Source: an uncultured Rhodoferax sp. (GTDB lineage: Bacteria > Pseudomonadota > Gammaproteobacteria > Burkholderiales > Burkholderiaceae_C). From it: a DNA stretch of 64,000 nt. Position numbers and translations under genes: made by a program. Position 1 is the stretch's first letter, and the number at the start of each line of letters is the position of its first letter. Location of the stretch: positions 18,445-82,444 of the forward strand of contig CAUOXL010000015.1 in NCBI GenBank assembly GCA_963508575.1. Direction: 5' to 3'. This document shows positions 58,879 to 64,000 of this stretch, piece by piece. The notes beneath the pieces are model-generated. The model searched no databases. It was not told where the DNA came from and saw only the letters and a program-made list of their open reading frames with translations.

Positions 58879-59954
58879 TGCGAAAACCTCCGCAATGCCA
58901 AGCCGCAGGATGTCAAATAAGAGGGCGCTTCCCGTGTCATTCTCTTCAACCGCACTCCTTCGCCGATCTCCATTCCATCAAATGGATTCAACAAGCTGCA
59001 TGGAAAAGCCGTGTGCTGAGTGACCGCGTTGGTTAATCCAGGCAAGGCAGCCGATCCCCCCGCCAGCATGACATAGTCCACCTTGTTGTGCGGGGTACTG
59101 GTGAAGAAAAACTGCAAGGCACGCCCCAGTTCCTGAACCATGGTTTCAATGAATGGCCTCAAAACTGTCGATTCGTAATCATCGGGCAGCTCACCACTGC
59201 GCTTCTTAGTCTCGGCTTCTTCTTGAGAGAAACCGTACTGGCGAACAATAAGTTGGGTTAGCTGTGCACCACCAAAGGCCTGGTCCCTGTCATACAAGAC
59301 CTCGTCATCCCGGATGACCTGCATACTGGTCGTCAAGGCGCCAATCTCAAAAAGGGCCACGATGAGTCCCGAACCTCTACTTGGCAGGTTTGCTATCAGC
59401 CTACCAGCGGCAAGACGTGAAGCATACGACTCCACATCCACAATAACTGGCGTCAAGCCTGCCGCCTCAGCCAAACCTTGAATATCCTGAACCTTCTCAC
59501 GGCGGGATGCTGCAATCAAGACTTCGATGTCACCTGAAGACGCAGCGCTTGGCCCGATAACACAGAAGTCAAGACTCACCTCATCCAAAGGGAACGGGAT
59601 ATATTGATTTGCCTCCGACTCAACTTGCTGTTCAAGCTCCACATCAGACAAGCCACCCGGCAAGATTATTTTCTTCGTGATAACTGCCGATGGTGGCAAT
59701 GCCATTGCCACATGCTTGGTCTTGGTTCCACTTTTCTTCACCAACTTACGAACTGCGTTGGCTACTTCATCAAACTTCTCGATGTTGCCATCAGCGATCC
59801 AACCACGCTCCAAGGGCTCAATGGCACAGCGCTCGAGAACCAAATTGCCAGCTTTATCACGCCCCAACTCCACGAGCTTCACACTGGATGAGCTGATGTC
59901 CAATCCCAACATGGGTGCGGGCTGCCGACTAAGAAAAGACCCCAATGAGATCAA
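58875..59954 (-). CDS. pilM: type IV pilus actin-like ATPase PilM
   Basis: 359 aa; LGLDISSSSVKLVEL actin-fold phosphate-1 motif. Confidence 0.9.
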   Translation of the reverse strand: MISLGSFLSRQPAPMLGLDISSSSVKLVELGRDKAGNLVLERCAIEPLERGWIADGNIEKFDEVANAVRKLVKKSGTKTKHVAMALPPSAVITKKIILPGGLSDVELEQQVESEANQYIPFPLDEVSLDFCVIGPSAASSGDIEVLIAASRREKVQDIQGLAEAAGLTPVIVDVESYASRLAAGRLIANLPSRGSGLIVALFEIGALTTSMQVIRDDEVLYDRDQAFGGAQLTQLIVRQYGFSQEEAETKKRSGELPDDYESTVLRPFIETMVQELGRALQFFFTSTPHNKVDYVMLAGGSAALPGLTNAVTQHTAFPCSLLNPFDGMEIGEGVRLKRMTREAPSYLTSCGLALRRFSQ

Positions 59955-60227
59955 AATGGTCCCCTGAAACAGACTGACGAAAGTGCAGTCAAACTTAAGA
60001 ATTCACTTGAATGCTATCAGCAAGAGTATTGAGCGGCAAAGGTTTTTTCACTTTCTGACAATTTATAACGTTGTCAAAAGCAGACGCCAAACACGCCCTT
60101 TCAGCTACGATTTCGCTTGAAAGGCGGCTTCCGCATTTCGTAATCCAAGACAGCGCCACCATCCAAGCCTTCAATACAGAGGCTCCGAAGTGTCATTTTT
60201 ATAATCGGCCGAACATCGAAGACTGAT

Positions 60228-62588
60228 ATGCCAAACCCCAAAGAATCGGCCCCCCCGAACAAATCCCATTCAAGGCATTGGGCGCTAGTTGCACTTTTTT
60301 GGCTCGTGGGCCTCGCTTGCGCCGGCCTTTTCTCCATACTGGCATTGGTGGCACTGGCCTTGGCAATGGCCTACCCCAATTTGCCTGACATCAGCGATTT
60401 GTCGGACTACCGGCCAAAGCTCCCTTTGAGAATTTACTCCGCAGAAGGCGACATGATCGGGGAGTTTGGCGAAGAACGCCGAAAACTCACCCCGATCAAG
60501 GAAATCCCCAAAGTGATGACGGATGCCATCCTTGCGATTGAAGATGCACGCTTCTATCAGCACGGTGGAGTTGACTACATTGGAATAGTCCGCGCAGGCT
60601 TGGCCAACGTGGGCCGGGCTAAGAGTCAAGGCGCCTCCACCATCACCATGCAGGTAGCCCGCAATGTCTACCTCACTTCAGAAAAGACCTTTACTCGCAA
60701 GATCTATGAGATTTTGTTGACATTCAAGCTGGAACATTTGCTGACCAAGGACCAGATCCTCGAGATCTACATGAACCAGATTTTCCTCGGAAACCGTGCA
60801 TATGGTTTCGCAGCGGCAGCGGAAACCTACTTTGGGAAGCCTTTGAAAGAGATCAGCATAGCTGAAGCCGCGATGCTGGCAGGCCTGCCCAAGGCGCCAT
60901 CCGCTTACAACCCGATCAGCAACCCGAAGCGGGCCAAAGCTCGTCAGCAGTACATCATTGACCGCATGCTGGAAAACGGGTTCATTTCCGAGGAAGAAGC
61001 GGAGAACGCACGCAATGAAGAGCTCAAAATTAAAAGCGGCCCAGGGGCAAACCCGATCCACGCGGAATACGTGGCGGAAATGGTGCGACAGCTCATGTAT
61101 TCGCAATACGGAGATGAAACATACACACGGGGACTAAACGTTTACACCACCCTCAAGTCCGAGCAGCAAATCGCCGCCTACCGCGCTCTTCGCAGGGGAA
61201 TCATGGACTTCGAGCGTCGTCAGGTCTATCGTGGTCCTGAGAAGTTTTTGAACTTACCTGCCAAAGGACAAGATCTGGATGATGCAATTGACGAAGCCTT
61301 GGACGATCACCCGGACAATGGCGATGTCATGGCGGCCGTTGTACTGGAGGCAGACGCTAAACGCATTAAGGCGCAACGTCTCGGCGGTGAAATGGTTGAA
61401 ATCATCGGTGAGGGATTGAAGCCCGCCCAGTCCGGACTGTCCGACAAAGCTCCACCCAACATCAAAATCCGCAGGGGTGCGATTATCCGAGTCGCGAAGA
61501 CCCTCAAAGGGACCTGGGAGATCACCCAGCTCCCCGAAGTGGAGGGGGCATTCGTCGCCTTGGACCCCCGCGACGGCTCCATCAAAGCCTTGGTCGGTGG
61601 ATTTGATTTCGCCAAGAACAAATTCAATCACGTCACGCAGGCGTGGCGCCAGCCCGGGTCTAGCTTCAAGCCGTTTATCTATTCTGCGGCCCTTGAAAAG
61701 GGATTCGGCCCTGCAACGGTAGTCAATGATTCCCCCCTGTTTTTTGATGCCGGTGTGACCGGTGGGCAACCCTGGGAACCCAAAAACTATGATGGAACCT
61801 TCGAGGGCCCCATGACCTTACGACGCGGTCTGGCAAAGTCCAAGAACATGGTTTCTATCCGGGTGCTTAACTCCGTAGGGGCTCCCTACGCCCAAGAATG
61901 GGTCACCCGTTTCGGGTTTGAAGCCGATAAGCACCCAGCGTACCTCACCATGGCATTGGGCGCCGGTACGGTGACCCCGATACAGATGGCGGCGGCCTAC
62001 TCCGTGTTTGCCAACGGGGGTTACCGCGTGAACCCCTGGCTCATCTCTAAAGTCAGCGAGCAGCGAGGCAAGGTTCTGGTCGAAGCCGCGCCTCCCGTAT
62101 TGGCCGATAGCGAGCGCGCCATCGATGAACGCAATGCATTCATGATGAGCAGCCTGTTGCAGGAAGTGACACGCTCCGGTACGGCAGCCCGGGCCCAAGC
62201 GACCCTGAAGCGACCCGACATATATGGAAAAACAGGGACGACCAATGACTCCATGGATGCTTGGTTCGCCGGTTACCAACCCACCCTTACAGCCATCACC
62301 TGGATCGGTTACGACACCCCCCGCAAGCTGGGGGACCGGGAAACCGGCGGAGGACTGAGCCTGCCCGTGTGGATCAGCTTCATGGAAACAGCGCTCAGGG
62401 GCGTACCTGTTACAGAGCCGGCAGCCCCCGAAGGCGTGGTGAAGCTAGGGAATGAGTGGTACTACGAGGAGTTCACCCACGGAGCGGGTGTCAGCACCCT
62501 GGGATTGAGCGACAGTCCGGACAGCCCCACGGAAGCCCCTTCCACGCCGGATGAAAAGAAGAAGATTCTCGATCTCTTTAAGAACTAA
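60228..62588 (+). CDS. mrcA: penicillin-binding protein 1A
   Basis: GT51 motif [10 protein letters not shown]; transpeptidase SSFKP and KTGTT; divergent from pilM as in Pseudomonas ponA. Confidence 0.95.
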   Translation: MPNPKESAPPNKSHSRHWALVALFWLVGLACAGLFSILALVALALAMAYPNLPDISDLSDYRPKLPLRIYSAEGDMIGEFGEERRKLTPIKEIPKVMTDAILAIEDARFYQHGGVDYIGIVRAGLANVGRAKSQGASTITMQVARNVYLTSEKTFTRKIYEILLTFKLEHLLTKDQILEIYMNQIFLGNRAYGFAAAAETYFGKPLKEISIAEAAMLAGLPKAPSAYNPISNPKRAKARQQYIIDRMLENGFISEEEAENARNEELKIKSGPGANPIHAEYVAEMVRQLMYSQYGDETYTRGLNVYTTLKSEQQIAAYRALRRGIMDFERRQVYRGPEKFLNLPAKGQDLDDAIDEALDDHPDNGDVMAAVVLEADAKRIKAQRLGGEMVEIIGEGLKPAQSGLSDKAPPNIKIRRGAIIRVAKTLKGTWEITQLPEVEGAFVALDPRDGSIKALVGGFDFAKNKFNHVTQAWRQPGSSFKPFIYSAALEKGFGPATVVNDSPLFFDAGVTGGQPWEPKNYDGTFEGPMTLRRGLAKSKNMVSIRVLNSVGAPYAQEWVTRFGFEADKHPAYLTMALGAGTVTPIQMAAAYSVFANGGYRVNPWLISKVSEQRGKVLVEAAPPVLADSERAIDERNAFMMSSLLQEVTRSGTAARAQATLKRPDIYGKTGTTNDSMDAWFAGYQPTLTAITWIGYDTPRKLGDRETGGGLSLPVWISFMETALRGVPVTEPAAPEGVVKLGNEWYYEEFTHGAGVSTLGLSDSPDSPTEAPSTPDEKKKILDLFKN

Positions 62589-62917
62589 AGCGCCGTAAAG
62601 ACCAATGCCACGCCAGCCTGCTGGCTGGCATTGGCACTCAAAGCAGCAAAAAATTCGCCCTGCCCCTTGGTGTCCTGCCATTCGGTACCTGACCACTTGT
62701 AGTGGTAGCCACCGGACCTGGCGGCCATCCAGACCTCATGCAAGGGCTTCTGCAAATTCACAATGATCTGGGTACGGTTGGCAAACGTCAGCGTCACCAT
62801 GCTGCCGACCCGCTGGTTGTCTACATCGACATCCGATTCGTCGTTGATGCGATCACACGACAGCTCCAAAGCACGCAACAAAGACTCGGCAAGGCTCATG
62901 AATTCTGGGTCGGTCAT
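62585..62917 (-). CDS. cyaY: frataxin-like iron donor CyaY
   Basis: 110 aa; ...[23 protein letters not shown]... Confidence 0.85.
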   Translation of the reverse strand: MTDPEFMSLAESLLRALELSCDRINDESDVDVDNQRVGSMVTLTFANRTQIIVNLQKPLHEVWMAARSGGYHYKWSGTEWQDTKGQGEFFAALSANASQQAGVALVFTAL

Positions 62918-62929
62918 TACAATTTCACT

Positions 62930-63112
62930 ATGTTGAATCGAACGCGAATTCTAGTCAGAGGCCTGATCCCGCTGATTTGTGTGCTTACTTTGGGAGCATG
63001 TGGCCAAACCGGCCCACTATTCCTGCCCAATGTTCCACCAAAAGTGCCACCGGCCAGCAATACAACGCCCCCATCTACCACCAAAGCTTCAGACACCACC
63101 ACTTCACCATGA
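62930..63112 (+). CDS. lptM: small lipoprotein upstream of lysA (LptM/YifL-like)
   Basis: Lipobox LTLGAC followed by GQTGPLFLP; ATG at 62930 within the longer ORF 62702..63112. Confidence 0.55.
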   Translation: MLNRTRILVRGLIPLICVLTLGACGQTGPLFLPNVPPKVPPASNTTPPSTTKASDTTTSP

Positions 63113-64000
63113 GCGCCCCCCAACTCCCCGGCCAGCCCCACGTCCAGTACACCAATGATCAGCTCCACATCGAGGCATGTTCCCTCGATGCCTTGGCCCG
63201 CACCCATGGCACGCCGCTATTTGTGTACTCCAAGGCCTCCATGCTGGACGCACTCGCGGCCTACCAGCGCGGCTTTGCGGGGCGCAATGCTCGCATCTGC
63301 TATGCCATGAAGGCCAACTCGTCCTTGGCCATCCTGCAGTTGTTTGCCAAAGCCGGATGCGGCTTCGACATCGTGTCCGAAGGCGAGTTGGCCCGCGTGC
63401 TGGCCGCAGGAGCTGACGCCAGCAAGGTCATTTTTTCAGGGGTGGGAAAAACCCGCTCTGAAATGGCCCGCGCCCTGGAGGTCGGCATCGGCTGCTTCAA
63501 CGTCGAAAGCGAAGCGGAAATCGATGTCCTGAACGAGGTCGCACTGGGCATGGGCAAGCAAGCCCCCATCAGCATCCGCGTCAACCCCAACGTCGACCCC
63601 AAAACGCACCCCTACATCTCGACCGGCCTCAAAGGCAACAAGTTCGGCATCGCCCACGAACGCACGCTGATGACCTACCAACGGGCCGCAGCATTGCCCG
63701 GACTGAGGGTCGTGGGCATCGACTGCCACATCGGTTCCCAGATCACGGAAGAAACACCGTACCTGGATGCCATGGATCGCATGCTGGATTTGGTGGAGTC
63801 GATTGAAGCAGCAGGCATCTCCATCCACCACATCGACTTCGGTGGCGGCTTGGGTATCAACTACAACGGGGATACCCCGCCCGCAGCCGATGCCCTGTGG
63901 CACAAGCTGCTCGCCAAGCTGGATGCGCGAGGCTTCGGCCAACGGCAGCTCATGATTGAGCCCGGGCGCTCCCTGGTCGGTAATGCAGGCGTTTGCGTGA
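63109..64000 (+). CDS. lysA: diaminopimelate decarboxylase (3' end outside window)
   Basis: Not in the ORF track because there is no stop in the window. My translation gives MSAPQLPG...ICYAMKANSSLAILQ...FDIVSEGEL...NVESEAE. The ATG forms an ATGA overlap with the lptM stop. Confidence 0.9.
   Translation, partial: MSAPQLPGQPHVQYTNDQLHIEACSLDALARTHGTPLFVYSKASMLDALAAYQRGFAGRNARICYAMKANSSLAILQLFAKAGCGFDIVSEGELARVLAAGADASKVIFSGVGKTRSEMARALEVGIGCFNVESEAEIDVLNEVALGMGKQAPISIRVNPNVDPKTHPYISTGLKGNKFGIAHERTLMTYQRAAALPGLRVVGIDCHIGSQITEETPYLDAMDRMLDLVESIEAAGISIHHIDFGGGLGINYNGDTPPAADALWHKLLAKLDARGFGQRQLMIEPGRSLVGNAGVCV

Noticed and set aside
60101-60337. 78-aa minus-strand ORF in the pilM/mrcA divergent region
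   Set aside because: It overlaps the mrcA 5' end, has no RBS, and shows no conservation signal I can recognise. The region is better explained as divergent promoters.

Overview
No database search was run. All product calls come from motifs I can read in the translations, from gene order, and from my memory of protein families.

The window is a dense, high-GC, mostly minus-strand chromosomal segment. It looks like core genome of a Burkholderiales or Comamonadaceae-type betaproteobacterium; that placement is an inference from gene order and protein sequences. I support about 75 protein genes and one tRNA.

Gene blocks in order:
- rfbBDAC
- pilBCD-coaE-zapD-yacG
- NUDIX, DUF815 ATPase, argJ, secA, M23 peptidase and a DUF721 (DciA-like) gene
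- tRNA-Thr(UGU)
- sspAB
- petABC
- mscL
- pdxA-nif3 and a Cys-rich ORF
- a DegS/AlgW-like protease
- tatABC
- HIT protein, a small membrane protein, then hisEIFAHBC
- a 2.9 kb insert
- hisDG
- a BolA/IbaG-like gene, an ABC-2 transporter pair, and mlaFEDACB
- gltBD
- a RAYT-type transposase
- an MBL-fold protein, a SlyB-like lipoprotein, a methyltransferase, DUF1415 and dgt
- aroKB
- pilMNOPQ
- mrcA
- cyaY
- lptM-lysA (lysA runs off the window end and is missing from the ORF track)

I did not find a convincing novel multi-gene system. The observations most worth a second look are:
1. A mosaic insert splits the histidine operon between hisD and hisC. It carries an RHH-PIN toxin-antitoxin pair with a tandem palindromic operator, an Asp/Glu-type racemase, a decayed HEPN (HI0074-family) gene with three readable lesions, and a secreted Rap1a/Tai4-like ORF.
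2. Two families of short interspersed intergenic repeats are present. One family overlaps the annotated start codons of hisD and dgt.
3. A domesticated-looking REP-associated tyrosine transposase gene sits next to gltB.
4. An exact TGGCAC-N5-TTGC sigma-54-type promoter, plus a 21-bp direct repeat, lies upstream of gltB.

The many long ORFs antisense to real genes are treated as high-GC shadow ORFs.
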